Source of the DNA: an uncultured Acidobacteriota bacterium
GTDB taxonomy: Bacteria > Acidobacteriota > Polarisedimenticolia > JACPZX01 > DASXTC01
Direction of reading: 5' to 3'
Assembly (NCBI GenBank): GCA_963806495.1
Contig: CAWDYA010000010.1
Location: forward strand, 130,971-194,970
DNA length: 64,000 bases
The notes beneath the pieces were generated by a model. The model saw only the letters and a program-made list of their open reading frames with translations, was not told where the DNA came from and searched no databases. Shown one piece after another: positions 9,636 to 18,947 of the stretch (positions are counted from its first letter, which is position 1; every line of letters starts with the position of its first letter). The position numbers were made by a program, and so were the translations under genes.

Positions 9636-10133
9636 ATGATGCGCAGCGCATTGTGGAGTCTCGCCGGCGCGGCGATCCTCATGGCCGCCGCGCCGGCTCA
9701 GCCGCCCCTTCCCTCCATCGATCGCGCGGGGTACGCGGACCTCGTGGCCGCGCGCTCGGGTCACGTGCTCGTCGTGAACATGTGGGCCACCTGGTGCCAG
9801 CCGTGCCGCGAGGAGTTCCCCGACCTGGTCAGGCTCCACGATGAGCTGGCGTCACGCGGGCTCGACCTCGTGGCCGTGTCGCTCGACACTGCCGCGGACG
9901 CCGGGACGTCGGTCGTGCCGTTCCTCGAAAAGCAGGGGGCCCGGTTCCCCGTATACATCAAGAAGGCCGGCGGCGACGACGAGTTCATCGACTCGGTGGA
10001 CCCCGGATGGTCCGGCGCCCTGCCCGCGACGTTCGTTTACGACGCGAAAGGACGCCTGGTCAGGAGCATCCAGGGGCCGACGACCTTCGCGAAGCTGCAG
10101 GCGATCGTCGAGCCGCTGCTGGGCCGGAAGTAG
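9636..10133 (+). CDS. TlpA-like thiol:disulfide oxidoreductase (thioredoxin family)
   Basis: Signal peptide, 'VVNMWATWCQPCREEFPDL' (WCxPC active site). 8 bp after the preceding gene. Confidence 0.75.
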   Translation: MMRSALWSLAGAAILMAAAPAQPPLPSIDRAGYADLVAARSGHVLVVNMWATWCQPCREEFPDLVRLHDELASRGLDLVAVSLDTAADAGTSVVPFLEKQGARFPVYIKKAGGDDEFIDSVDPGWSGALPATFVYDAKGRLVRSIQGPTTFAKLQAIVEPLLGRK

Positions 10134-10167
10134 CCCGGGGGATCGCAGGACTTCGGGCCGGCCCGGG

Positions 10168-11406
10168 TCAGGCGCTGCCGCGCATGGCGTCCACGGGCGC
10201 CATGCGGGAGGCCTTCAGCGCGGGGTAGACGCCGAAGACGAGCCCCAGAGTGACCGCCACGCCGATCGCCCAGCAGACCCCGATCCAGTCGACAGGCAGA
10301 CCCGAGGGGAAGAACCCCTCGAGCGCCTTGATGCACACGAGCCCGAGGCCCACGCCCGTGAGGGCTCCCACGAGCGCGAGCGTCACCGACTCGACCATGA
10401 ACATGATGAAGATCTCGATATCGGTCGCCCCGATCGCCTTTCTCATGCCGATCTCGTACAGCCGCTCGTTGATCGAGATGATCATCACCGACAGGAGCCC
10501 GATGCCGCCCACCAGGAGGGCAATGGCGGCGATCGTGCCCAGGACCACCTGCCAGTTGAACACGACCTGCCCGACCTCGTCGCGCTGCTTGAGCATCTCC
10601 TGCGCGATGTTCTCGATGCGGAAGTTGCCCACGCCGTGGTGCGCGACCCAGAGCGACGCCTGGATCTCGGCCTGAACGTCCGTCAGCGAGTCGAACGCCC
10701 GGGTCTTCACCGCGATGAACGACAGCGGCGTCTCGTCGCCGGCGAAGTACTTCCGCATGGTGGTGAGCGGGATCATCGCCCCTTCCATCTCGCGGATGAA
10801 CTCGTGGTCGTGGACGAACTGGTTGCCAAGCTTCTCCCCGACGCCCACCACGATGAAGCGGGTGCCGTCGATCACCAGCTCCTGTCCCACCGCCGTCTGG
10901 TTTCCGAACAGCCGCTCGCGGAGCTTCGAGCCGAGGACGCAGACCTTGTTGAACGACTCCAGATCATTGTCGTTGAAGAACCGCCCCTCGCCCACTGGCC
11001 TCTTGCGCACGCTCGCGTAGGATGGCGTCACTCCCGCGACACGCACCTCCCGTTGCGTGCCGCCGCGGGAGACCAGCATGTCGCCGTACTGCACGGGAGC
11101 GACTTCCTGGACCAGATCCTTGCGGGCCATCAGGATGTCGGCGTCCGAGGGCTGCAGCCCCTCTGACAGCACGAACCTCGCGCGCTGCAGCGAATCCTCC
11201 GGAGCCTTCTCCACCACGTACATGACTCCGTCATAGCCGAGCTCCTCGAATCCGTCCCAGACCGAGACGATGATCCCGTTGAGCATGGAGGTCATGAAGA
11301 TGATCAGAGCCGTGCCGAGCAGGATCCCGATCAGGGTGAGAAAGGAGCGCAGCTTGTGGTACCGGATCTCGGTGAAGCCGCTGGTGAGCATGCCCGAGAC
11401 GTTCAT
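10168..11406 (-). CDS. ABC transporter permease, FtsX/MacB-like (MacB periplasmic domain + 4 TM)
   Basis: 412 aa. N-terminal TM helix, large periplasmic domain, C-terminal FtsX-type TM bundle ('...GIGLLSVMIISINERLYEIGMRKAIGA...'). Confidence 0.8.
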   Translation of the reverse strand: MNVSGMLTSGFTEIRYHKLRSFLTLIGILLGTALIIFMTSMLNGIIVSVWDGFEELGYDGVMYVVEKAPEDSLQRARFVLSEGLQPSDADILMARKDLVQEVAPVQYGDMLVSRGGTQREVRVAGVTPSYASVRKRPVGEGRFFNDNDLESFNKVCVLGSKLRERLFGNQTAVGQELVIDGTRFIVVGVGEKLGNQFVHDHEFIREMEGAMIPLTTMRKYFAGDETPLSFIAVKTRAFDSLTDVQAEIQASLWVAHHGVGNFRIENIAQEMLKQRDEVGQVVFNWQVVLGTIAAIALLVGGIGLLSVMIISINERLYEIGMRKAIGATDIEIFIMFMVESVTLALVGALTGVGLGLVCIKALEGFFPSGLPVDWIGVCWAIGVAVTLGLVFGVYPALKASRMAPVDAMRGSA

Positions 11407-11427
11407 GGCCGCAGCCCGCCGCGGACG

Positions 11428-12657
11428 CTACTCATAGCGCAGCGCCTCCACCGGGTTCAGCCGCGCCGCCTTCACGGCGGGATAGAACCCGAAGAAGATC
11501 CCGACCGACACGGAGGTGACGAAACCGATCAGGGCCATCCGGGGCGTGATGATCGCCGGCTGGTTGATGAGGCTCGACACGGCCTTGGCGAAACCCACGC
11601 CGAGCGCCACGCCGACGACGCCTCCCAGAAGGGTCACCAGCACCGACTCGACGAGGAACTGCGCCGTAATGTGCATGCCGTTGGCGCCGAGCGCCTTGCG
11701 CACCCCCACCTCGCGCACCCTCTCCTGGAAGGAAGCCAGCAGGATATTCATGATCACCACACCGCCCACCAGCAGCGAGATGGCACCGGCCGCGAGGAAC
11801 ACGATATGCAGCTGCTGGCTCTGCTGCTGCTGGCGCTCGAGACGGGACGTGCGGTCCCAGATCGCGAAGTCCTTGACGCCACGGTGGCGCCTCATCAGCA
11901 GCGCCTGGATCTCCTCCTTCGCCTTGCCCGTGTTCTCCGCCTTGTCGACGATGGCGTTCACGTAGGCCACGCGCTCATACGGGTCCCCGGTGAAACGCTT
12001 GTGGATGGACGTGAGCGGGATGAAAATCTTGCGGTTCATCCACTCCAGGGCGTTGTGATCACCGTTGTTGAAGAAGTATTCCTTGCGCTGCATCACGCCC
12101 ACCACCGTCAGCCCGACGTCGTCGAGAAACACCGTCTTGCCCAGCGGATCGCCGGAGCCGAAGATGTCCCGCGCGGCCGTGTCGCCCAGGACGCACACCC
12201 GTGTCGCGTTGCGCAGATCGTCGTCGCTGATGAACCGGCCGCGCGCGGGGAAGAATTTGTAGATCGGCTGGTAGTCGGGTGTGACGCCGTCGATGTTCCG
12301 CTCGCGGCGGTAGTCTCCGTAACGGGTCATCAGCCGGGCGTTGGCGATCGGATCCACCTGGGTGATGATATCGAGCGACCTCAGCGCCATGGCGTCGTCG
12401 TACGTCAGGCCGACGTTGGCGAGCTGCAGCGCCGTCTGAGTGGGGGCCTTCTCCGGCTCGTTGACCACGAGGATCTTGCGCAACCCGCCGATCTCTGAGA
12501 GAAATTCCATGCTCTTGCGCCGGCCCGCATCCACGAGCGCCAGGACGGTCACCACGGAAGCGACGCCGAGGATCACGCCGACCATCTGCAGAATCGTGCG
12601 CCCTTTGTGCGCATTGATGTCCACCACACCGTCGACGATTGACTCGAGAAGCGTCAT
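11428..12657 (-). CDS. ABC transporter permease, FtsX/MacB-like (second copy)
   Basis: 409 aa, paralogous architecture ('...VGGVVIMNILLASFQERVREVGVRKALGA...'). 4-bp overlap with the upstream ATPase gene. Confidence 0.8.
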   Translation of the reverse strand: MTLLESIVDGVVDINAHKGRTILQMVGVILGVASVVTVLALVDAGRRKSMEFLSEIGGLRKILVVNEPEKAPTQTALQLANVGLTYDDAMALRSLDIITQVDPIANARLMTRYGDYRRERNIDGVTPDYQPIYKFFPARGRFISDDDLRNATRVCVLGDTAARDIFGSGDPLGKTVFLDDVGLTVVGVMQRKEYFFNNGDHNALEWMNRKIFIPLTSIHKRFTGDPYERVAYVNAIVDKAENTGKAKEEIQALLMRRHRGVKDFAIWDRTSRLERQQQQSQQLHIVFLAAGAISLLVGGVVIMNILLASFQERVREVGVRKALGANGMHITAQFLVESVLVTLLGGVVGVALGVGFAKAVSSLINQPAIITPRMALIGFVTSVSVGIFFGFYPAVKAARLNPVEALRYE

Positions 12658-13349
12658 GCCGCCTCCGCCCCGACCACCTGCCCGTCCACGAGCGTGACCA
12701 CGCGACGGGTGCGGCTGGCCACAGCCCGGTCGTGGGTGACGATGATCAGCGTATGGCCCTGCGCGTTCAGATCGTCGAAGATGCCCAGGATCTCCTCGCC
12801 GGTCTTCTGATCGAGATTGCCGGTTGGCTCGTCCGCCAGGATGATCGCCGGATCGTTGACGAGCGCCCGCGCGATCGCCACGCGCTGCCGCTGGCCGCCG
12901 GAGAGCTGCGACGGGATGTGCTTGAGCCTGTCGCCGAGCCCCATCCGCCCCAGCATCCCGGCCGCGCGCTCACGGCGGCGTGCTCGCGAGACCCCCGAGT
13001 ACATCATCGGCAGCTCGACGTTCCTGAGGATCGAGGCACGCGGCAGCAGATTGTAGGTCTGGAAGACGAAGCCGATGCGCCGGTTGCGGACGCTGGCCAG
13101 CGACCAGCCGGTCATGTCCGAGACCCTGTCGCCGGCCAGGACGTACTCGCCGCTGCTCGGCGTGTCGAGCAGCCCGACGATGTGCATCAGCGTCGATTTG
13201 CCGGAACCCGACGGGCCCATGATCGCGACGTACTCGCCCTGCGAAATGCTGAGGCTGACACCCCGCAGCGCCTGGACCGATGTCTCGCCGGCATCGTAGG
13301 TCTTGCGGATGTCGGCGAGGCGGATGACCTCTCCATTGGGCGGATTCAT
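12654..13349 (-). CDS. ABC transporter ATP-binding protein (MacB/LolD-type, not fused to a permease)
   Basis: Walker A 'GPSGSGKST', signature '[15 protein letters not shown]', Walker B '[12 protein letters not shown]', H-loop 'VTHD'. Confidence 0.9.
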   Translation of the reverse strand: MNPPNGEVIRLADIRKTYDAGETSVQALRGVSLSISQGEYVAIMGPSGSGKSTLMHIVGLLDTPSSGEYVLAGDRVSDMTGWSLASVRNRRIGFVFQTYNLLPRASILRNVELPMMYSGVSRARRRERAAGMLGRMGLGDRLKHIPSQLSGGQRQRVAIARALVNDPAIILADEPTGNLDQKTGEEILGIFDDLNAQGHTLIIVTHDRAVASRTRRVVTLVDGQVVGAEAA

Positions 13350-13360
13350 GCGCGGCGCCC

Positions 13361-14596
13361 CTAATCTTCCGAGATCTGGCGCGGCTTGGTCGGGTCCTCG
13401 AGGGCCACCTGCTCCCCCTCGGTCAGACCGTCGAGAATCTGGACTCTCTCGAGGCTGGCCAGTCCCACCGCCACCTTGCGCTCTTCGAAGAACCGCTCCC
13501 AGGCGTCCGAGACGTCGATCTTGCCCGAGGCGTTCCTTCGGGCCGCCTTCTCGCCTTCCTTCGGCTCGAGAAAGGGGTCGCGCATCACGTAGACCACCTC
13601 GCCCTCGGGCTTCTTGAACACGGCCTCGACCGGCACGCTCAGGGTCTGCTCGACACGATCGCCCTTGATCTCGATGTTGGCGGTCATCCCCGCGCGGAAG
13701 TCGGGATTCTGCCGATCGAGGGTGATCTCGATATCGAACACCTTCACCTTGTCCTTGAGACGCGCCGCGGGCGAGATGTGGCTCACGGTGCCGCCGAAGT
13801 GCTGGTAAGGGAAGGCGTCGACGGTGATGTCCACCGCCTGATCGTCACGGACGCGGCCGATTTCCACCTCGTTGATGGAGGCCTTGATCAGCATCGAGCT
13901 GAGATCCGCCACGGTGAACATCGCGGTCCCCTCGTTGAATGAGGACACGCCGCTCATCACCGTCTGCCCGTTCTCGATGTTGCGGTTGATGACGTACCCG
14001 TCCATGGGGGACTCGACGTTGACGGTGCGCCCCGTGGAGATCGTCTGGTCGAGAGGAATGCCGCTGTCGACGACGATCTTGTACTCGGTCTTCGCCTGGT
14101 TGTACCGCTCCTCGGCCGTCTCGTACGCCTGGCGCAGGTCGCGCATCTGCTGCTCGGCCACGTATCCCTCGTCGAAGAGCGTCTGGTTCGTCTCGAGGTC
14201 CTTGCGCGCCTTCTGCATGTTGATCTCGGCGACGGCCACCTGGGACTTCACGGCCGACAGGGTCTGCGCCTGGTTGACGTCCGGCTCCACTCTCGCGAGC
14301 GTCTCGCCGCGGCGCACCCGGTCGCCCTCGCGAACCAGGATCTCCTTGACCGTTCCCGAGAGGGTCGACTTGACGTCCACCTTGACCACCGGCTCGATGG
14401 TGCCCACTTCGTCGACCGCCACCTGCACGTCGGCGATCTCCGCCTTGCCGATGCGCAGATCGAGGTCGTCGGCGCCGAGGTGCTTCCTGTCCGAGGCGAA
14501 CATCGACTGGCGGTAGGAGAAGCCGACCACGGCGGCGCTCGCGGCCAGCAGGAGCAGGATGCCGATGACCCACCGGCGCTTGCCTGATTTGGACAT
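13361..14596 (-). CDS. HlyD/MacA-family periplasmic adaptor (membrane fusion protein)
   Basis: N-terminal TM anchor (MSKSGKRRWVIGILLLLAASAAVV), coiled-coil, beta-barrel/lipoyl-like segments. ORF track starts at 14707; an internal start with signal-anchor is chosen. Confidence 0.8.
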   Translation of the reverse strand: MSKSGKRRWVIGILLLLAASAAVVGFSYRQSMFASDRKHLGADDLDLRIGKAEIADVQVAVDEVGTIEPVVKVDVKSTLSGTVKEILVREGDRVRRGETLARVEPDVNQAQTLSAVKSQVAVAEINMQKARKDLETNQTLFDEGYVAEQQMRDLRQAYETAEERYNQAKTEYKIVVDSGIPLDQTISTGRTVNVESPMDGYVINRNIENGQTVMSGVSSFNEGTAMFTVADLSSMLIKASINEVEIGRVRDDQAVDITVDAFPYQHFGGTVSHISPAARLKDKVKVFDIEITLDRQNPDFRAGMTANIEIKGDRVEQTLSVPVEAVFKKPEGEVVYVMRDPFLEPKEGEKAARRNASGKIDVSDAWERFFEERKVAVGLASLERVQILDGLTEGEQVALEDPTKPRQISED

Positions 14597-14804
14597 GGTG
14601 TGCGCTTCCCTCTCGAGTCGGCCCCCCGGCCGGAGGTGCCTCCTGGGATGATTACGAATGATTGCGGCGTGAGCCTGAATCTTAACACAGTGTCTGCCTT
14701 GTCCCAAGTTGACTCCGGGGTCCTAAGCCGGTTATCGTGAGATACTTCGGCCGGTAAGCCACGGCACAGGCGCCACCCTTTGGACCCCTGTCACTCGAGG
14801 GCCC

Positions 14805-15821
14805 GTGAAAGCCATGTCCGAGCTCCCCCGCGTCACGCTCGCTCATCTACCCACCCCGCTGGAGCCGGCGCCGCGCTTCTCCGCCGAGATGACCGGGGTG
14901 GATGTCTGGATCAAGCGTGACGACTGCACCGGCCTTGCCTTCGGCGGCAACAAGCCGCGCAAGCTGGAGTTCCTCATGGCCGCGGCGCAGGAAGCCGGGG
15001 CCGACACGGTCGTGACGTTCGGAGGCGTGCAGTCGAACCACACCCGGTGCACGGCGGCCGCCGCGCGCCGCCTCGGCATGGACTGCCACCTGATCCTGGC
15101 CGGCTCGCCGCCCGAGGAGGTCAACGGCAACCTCCTGCTGGATCGGCTGCTCGGAGCCACGCTCACCTTCATGCCCGTGCCATCAGGGGGTCTGACCCCC
15201 GCGGGTGTGGCGGGGGCCTTCGCCAAGACCGAGGAGACCCTCCGCTCCCGGGGGCGCAAGCCGTTTCTCATCGCGGCGGGCGGCAGCATGCCGCTGGGGC
15301 TGCTCGGGTATCGGACCGCTTTCGACGAGATGATGAGCCAGGCGCGGGAGACCGGCCTCGGCGTCACCCGCCTCGTGGTCGCCGTGGGAACCGGCGGCAC
15401 GCTCGCCGGGCTGGTGCTCGGCAACATCCTCGCCGGACGGCCACTGCGCATCACCGGCATCTCGGTCGCACCGCCGCCCGGCCTCGCCGCGGCCGTCTGC
15501 ATCCCCCCGGTGGAGCAGCTCGTAGCGGAAGGGGCGGCGCTGCTCGGGCGCGAGGCACCGGTGCGCGAAGGAGACGTGAGTGTCCTGTACGACTACGCGG
15601 GCCCAGCCTATGCCGTGCCGACGACCGAGGGGATCGAGGCGATCCGCTCGCTCGCCCACACCGAGGGGATCTTCCTCGAACCGGTCTACACCGCCAAGGC
15701 GATGGCGGGCCTGATCGGCCTGTGCCGCAGCGGAGGGATCGCCCGCGACGAGAAGGTGATCTTCCTGCACACGGGCGGCACGCCCGCGCTCTTTTCCTAC
15801 AGCAAGGCGCTGGCGCGATGA
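14805..15821 (+). CDS. PLP-dependent ACC deaminase / D-cysteine desulfhydrase family enzyme
   Basis: 'KRDDCTGLAFGGNKPRKLEFL' is a family hallmark; 338 aa with the tryptophan-synthase-beta-like fold. Confidence 0.8.
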   Translation: MKAMSELPRVTLAHLPTPLEPAPRFSAEMTGVDVWIKRDDCTGLAFGGNKPRKLEFLMAAAQEAGADTVVTFGGVQSNHTRCTAAAARRLGMDCHLILAGSPPEEVNGNLLLDRLLGATLTFMPVPSGGLTPAGVAGAFAKTEETLRSRGRKPFLIAAGGSMPLGLLGYRTAFDEMMSQARETGLGVTRLVVAVGTGGTLAGLVLGNILAGRPLRITGISVAPPPGLAAAVCIPPVEQLVAEGAALLGREAPVREGDVSVLYDYAGPAYAVPTTEGIEAIRSLAHTEGIFLEPVYTAKAMAGLIGLCRSGGIARDEKVIFLHTGGTPALFSYSKALAR

Positions 15822-16351
15822 ACTTCGCGCCCCGCCGGCGGCTCTTCGTGGCCGGCATGGTCTCGACACTGGCACTGGCCTGGTGCGCGCTGGCCTCCTG
15901 CGCCCCCTGGCTGCATCACGCGGGGCACGACGGGCTCGCGATGACGGCGCGTCTCCTGTTCAGCACGGTCTGCCACCAGATCCCCTCGCGCTCCTTCATG
16001 ATCGGCGGCGAGCCGCTCGGTGTCTGCTCGCGCTGCACCGGCCTCTACACGGGCTTCCTCGCGGGCGCGCTGGCCTCCCTGGCCATCACGCTCGCGCGCC
16101 GCAAGGCCGCCGGTTTTCCTCCACGCGGTCTGATGCTGCCGGCGGCGCTGCCGCTGGCCGCCGAATGGGCGCTCGGCCACGCAGGCTGGATCCACAGCAC
16201 CAACGTCGGACGCGCCGCCACAGGGCTGATTTTCGGTTGCGTCGTGGCCTTTTTCTTCATTCCCGCCATCGACGAGATGTGCGGCGAGATCCTCGCGGGG
16301 CTGCGATGTCGCGCCGCTTCGCGCCGGAGGAAGCATGCAGCAGCAAGCTGA
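15818..16351 (+). CDS. DUF2085 family membrane protein
   Basis: 'CHQIPSRSF...GEPLGVCSRCTGLYTG' matches the DUF2085 Cys/His pattern, with 3-4 TM helices. ATG overlaps the stop of the preceding gene (ATGA). The ORF-track entry 15047..16351 is an out-of-frame read-through. Confidence 0.6.
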   Translation: MNFAPRRRLFVAGMVSTLALAWCALASCAPWLHHAGHDGLAMTARLLFSTVCHQIPSRSFMIGGEPLGVCSRCTGLYTGFLAGALASLAITLARRKAAGFPPRGLMLPAALPLAAEWALGHAGWIHSTNVGRAATGLIFGCVVAFFFIPAIDEMCGEILAGLRCRAASRRRKHAAAS

Positions 16352-16862
16352 CATCTGGAGACCCGCGATCATTTCGGGCGCGATCTTCGGTTTCATTTCA
16401 GGGGTGCCCCTTCTCAATCTCTTCAATTGCCTGTGCTGCTCCCTGATCCTCGGGGCCGGCCTGATGTCCTCGTACATGCTGGTGCGAGCCTCGACGATGC
16501 CGCTCCCCTACGGACGCGCGGCGCTCGGGGGGTTCGTGGCGGGCATGATCGCCGCACCCGCCAGCTCGATCACCAGCTCACTCTTCACCATCGTGCTCGC
16601 CACGAACATGCAGGAGGAGATCCGGCGCAGTTCGCAGCAACTGGAGCAGTACTTTCCTGACGCCGGCGACGCCGCCCAGACCCTGGCCGACATCCCGCAG
16701 GCCATCCTCCTCCTCCTGATGACGCTGATCCTGATAGTGTTCTATGCGCCCTTCGGAGCCCTGGGCGGCGTGATCGGCCGTGCCATCTTCGAACGGCGCA
16801 CGCCATCCACCATGCCGCCGCCACCGCCGCCACCGGCGCCGCCCGTGGAGCCGGCCCCTTGA
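16335..16862 (+). CDS. hypothetical membrane protein with poly-Pro C-terminus
   Basis: 175 aa, 4 predicted TM helices, 'PPPPPPPAPP' tail. 17-nt overlap with the DUF2085 gene. Confidence 0.45.
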   Translation: MQQQADIWRPAIISGAIFGFISGVPLLNLFNCLCCSLILGAGLMSSYMLVRASTMPLPYGRAALGGFVAGMIAAPASSITSSLFTIVLATNMQEEIRRSSQQLEQYFPDAGDAAQTLADIPQAILLLLMTLILIVFYAPFGALGGVIGRAIFERRTPSTMPPPPPPPAPPVEPAP

Positions 16863-16901
16863 CAACCGGCGAGGCCGGGGTAAGGTAGCGTCGAGGCCCT
16901 G

Positions 16902-17171
16902 ATGCAGACATCCGACAACAGCGTGCCGCAGGGCACGCGAGGACCCGAGGACGATTTCTTCTGCCACAAGTACCAGGTCTGGTACCGGGTGGATGACTGC
17001 GTGTATCGCGGTCGCAACCGGACGTTCCCCGGCTGCGCCAACTGCCTGCAGGGCCATCTCAACATCAGGAGCGTCGAGCGGGGCGTGAGGCCGCCGGTCT
17101 TCCTCGGCAGCCACGGGGTCGCCGCCGATCCATCCGCCAGTGGCACCCTCTACCAGATCCGGCGCGGCTGA
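16902..17171 (+). CDS. small hypothetical 4-Cys protein (possible zinc-binding)
   Basis: 89 aa, 'FCHKYQVWYRVDDCVYRGRNRTFPGCANC' (C-x11-C...C-x2-C), varied composition. Confidence 0.3.
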   Translation: MQTSDNSVPQGTRGPEDDFFCHKYQVWYRVDDCVYRGRNRTFPGCANCLQGHLNIRSVERGVRPPVFLGSHGVAADPSASGTLYQIRRG

Positions 17172-17907
17172 GAGGCGCGCCGTCGACTGGATCTTCTTCG
17201 ACGCGGGCAACACGCTCATCGGCCTGGACTACGCCCGGCTCGCCGTATCGCTCGCGGGGGCCGGCCTGGACGCCTCGGAGATGACGCTGCGCCGCGCGGA
17301 GAGCGCGGCCCGCCGCGGTCTGGATCGGGCGATCCTCGAAGCGTCGCGCGAGTGCTCCGGTTCGCGCATCGCCGCGCGCAACGACACCGTGTGGCGTGGA
17401 TACTGGCGTCAGGTTCTGAGACTCTGCGGCGCCGACCCCTACAAAGAAGAGGATCTTCTCGACACGGTGTTCGAGGTGACCCGACCGGCGGCCTCGTGGG
17501 ATCGGGTGGAGTCCTCCACGCCTCCCGCGCTCGACGCGCTCTCGGCGGCGGGCTACCGTCTCGGCGTCATCTCGAACTCGAGCGGGACGCTGAAGGAGCA
17601 TCTCGAACGGATCGGGCTCTCCGCGCGATTCGACGTGATCGTGGACTCGCACGAGGTGGGTGTGGAGAAGCCGCACCCGGAGATCTTCCGGCACGCGCTG
17701 CGGCTCGCCGGCGGCACGCCGCCGGATCGGGCTCTGCACATCGGCGACGTCTATGCCATCGACGTGCTCGGCGCGGCGAGCGCCGGCATGCACGCGATCC
17801 TCTTCGATCCGCTCGGGATATGGGATCAGGCGGCTCTGCCCGAAGGCTGTCCTGCCTGCCGGACGCTGTCGTCGCTCGCCGATCTGCCTTCGATGCTCAG
17901 AACCTGA
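17140..17907 (+). CDS. HAD-superfamily hydrolase
   Basis: Motif I 'IFFDAGNTL', motif II 'ISNSSG', motif III/IV 'K...HIGDVYAIDVLGAASAGMHAI'. GTG start at 17140 assumed; start uncertain. Confidence 0.7.
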   Translation: MAPSTRSGAAERRAVDWIFFDAGNTLIGLDYARLAVSLAGAGLDASEMTLRRAESAARRGLDRAILEASRECSGSRIAARNDTVWRGYWRQVLRLCGADPYKEEDLLDTVFEVTRPAASWDRVESSTPPALDALSAAGYRLGVISNSSGTLKEHLERIGLSARFDVIVDSHEVGVEKPHPEIFRHALRLAGGTPPDRALHIGDVYAIDVLGAASAGMHAILFDPLGIWDQAALPEGCPACRTLSSLADLPSMLRT

Positions 17908-18751
17908 TCTCGACTCCGGCCGACACCCAGCGATCCTGACCCGAATCCTCGACCCCGGCGCCGAGTCTTCCCTTGAGGCAGCGGGCGAACCTGCGCGTGA
18001 GCGACGCGCTGACCCCGGGAGACGTCAACGACAGCTCCACGCGGGCATCGAGCCTTCCCTGCAGCCGCGATCGCATCTCGAGCCGCGGGCTGCCGATCGC
18101 GACCAGTGTGAACCGTGTCACGGGCCGCTCATCGTCGTCGCGTGCCGTATGGGCCACATGCAAACCGCCGCCCTTCGAGACGTCGAGCGAGACGCCGTCG
18201 ACGTAGTCACGCGCGGCGCGCAGGGTGGACATCTGCTCCACCACCTGCTCGAGGAACTGGGACAGGAGACGGTTGTTCGCGCCGTCGAAGATCCGCTCCG
18301 CCTGCCGGCGTGTTCTCCGAGCCGGGTATCCCTCGACGTCCACAGTTCCGGCCCATCCCAGCGTTGGGTCCCGGTGCGACCGGCGGGCGCATTCCTTCAC
18401 GAGCGCCGAGCGATAGCGACCGAGCAGATCCTGCCTGACCGGCTTCCACTCGTGCTGCGGGAGCGCGACTTCGAAGGCACCGGCCCCCGGCGCGCCCGAA
18501 GATCCGGCCACCGGAGCGACCCCCGGCTCGAAGCGCAGCACGGGGCCGAGCGCCAGAGGCGCCAGGATTGGTGAGAGGATGCCGTCGTGCAGACCCGGGC
18601 TCGCGGGACCTGCCGGCGCCGCCGCCACGGGCCGCCCGGCCAGCGCCGTGATCGCCAGGCATCCGGCAGCGAGGCACAGCAGCCGCGTGCGGGATCGAAG
18701 GGTGTCGCGCCGGGAACGAAGCCCGCGGCGCAGGTGGAAAGCGAAGAGCAT
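17897..18751 (-). CDS. hypothetical secreted/outer-membrane protein
   Basis: Signal peptide (MLFAFHLRRGL...AITALAGRPVAA), C-terminal '...VEIRF' (aromatic terminus typical of beta-barrel OMPs). Arg-rich, so moderate confidence. Confidence 0.4.
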   Translation of the reverse strand: MLFAFHLRRGLRSRRDTLRSRTRLLCLAAGCLAITALAGRPVAAAPAGPASPGLHDGILSPILAPLALGPVLRFEPGVAPVAGSSGAPGAGAFEVALPQHEWKPVRQDLLGRYRSALVKECARRSHRDPTLGWAGTVDVEGYPARRTRRQAERIFDGANNRLLSQFLEQVVEQMSTLRAARDYVDGVSLDVSKGGGLHVAHTARDDDERPVTRFTLVAIGSPRLEMRSRLQGRLDARVELSLTSPGVSASLTRRFARCLKGRLGAGVEDSGQDRWVSAGVEIRF

Positions 18752-18947
18752 GAAGCCGCTTCCAGGTTGGCCGGGTCTCGGCGGAAGAGGGGTCCGCCGG
18801 TTGCGCAAAGTTACGGTCAGCCCGTCGGAGGGTCAAGCGATTCCACGGCCTGCACCCGCTAGATGGCGCGGTATTCGGGAGGTTCGTCTGATTCCCTTGT
18901 GACGGTTCGGTACGGTCGCGTCGGCTTCATCATGATAGGATGCCTCG

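Noticed and set aside
15047-16351. 434-aa + strand ORF
   Set aside because: It is an out-of-frame read-through of the ACC-deaminase-family gene (Arg/Gly/Pro-rich). Only its last 177 aa (from MNFAPRRR...) form the DUF2085 protein.
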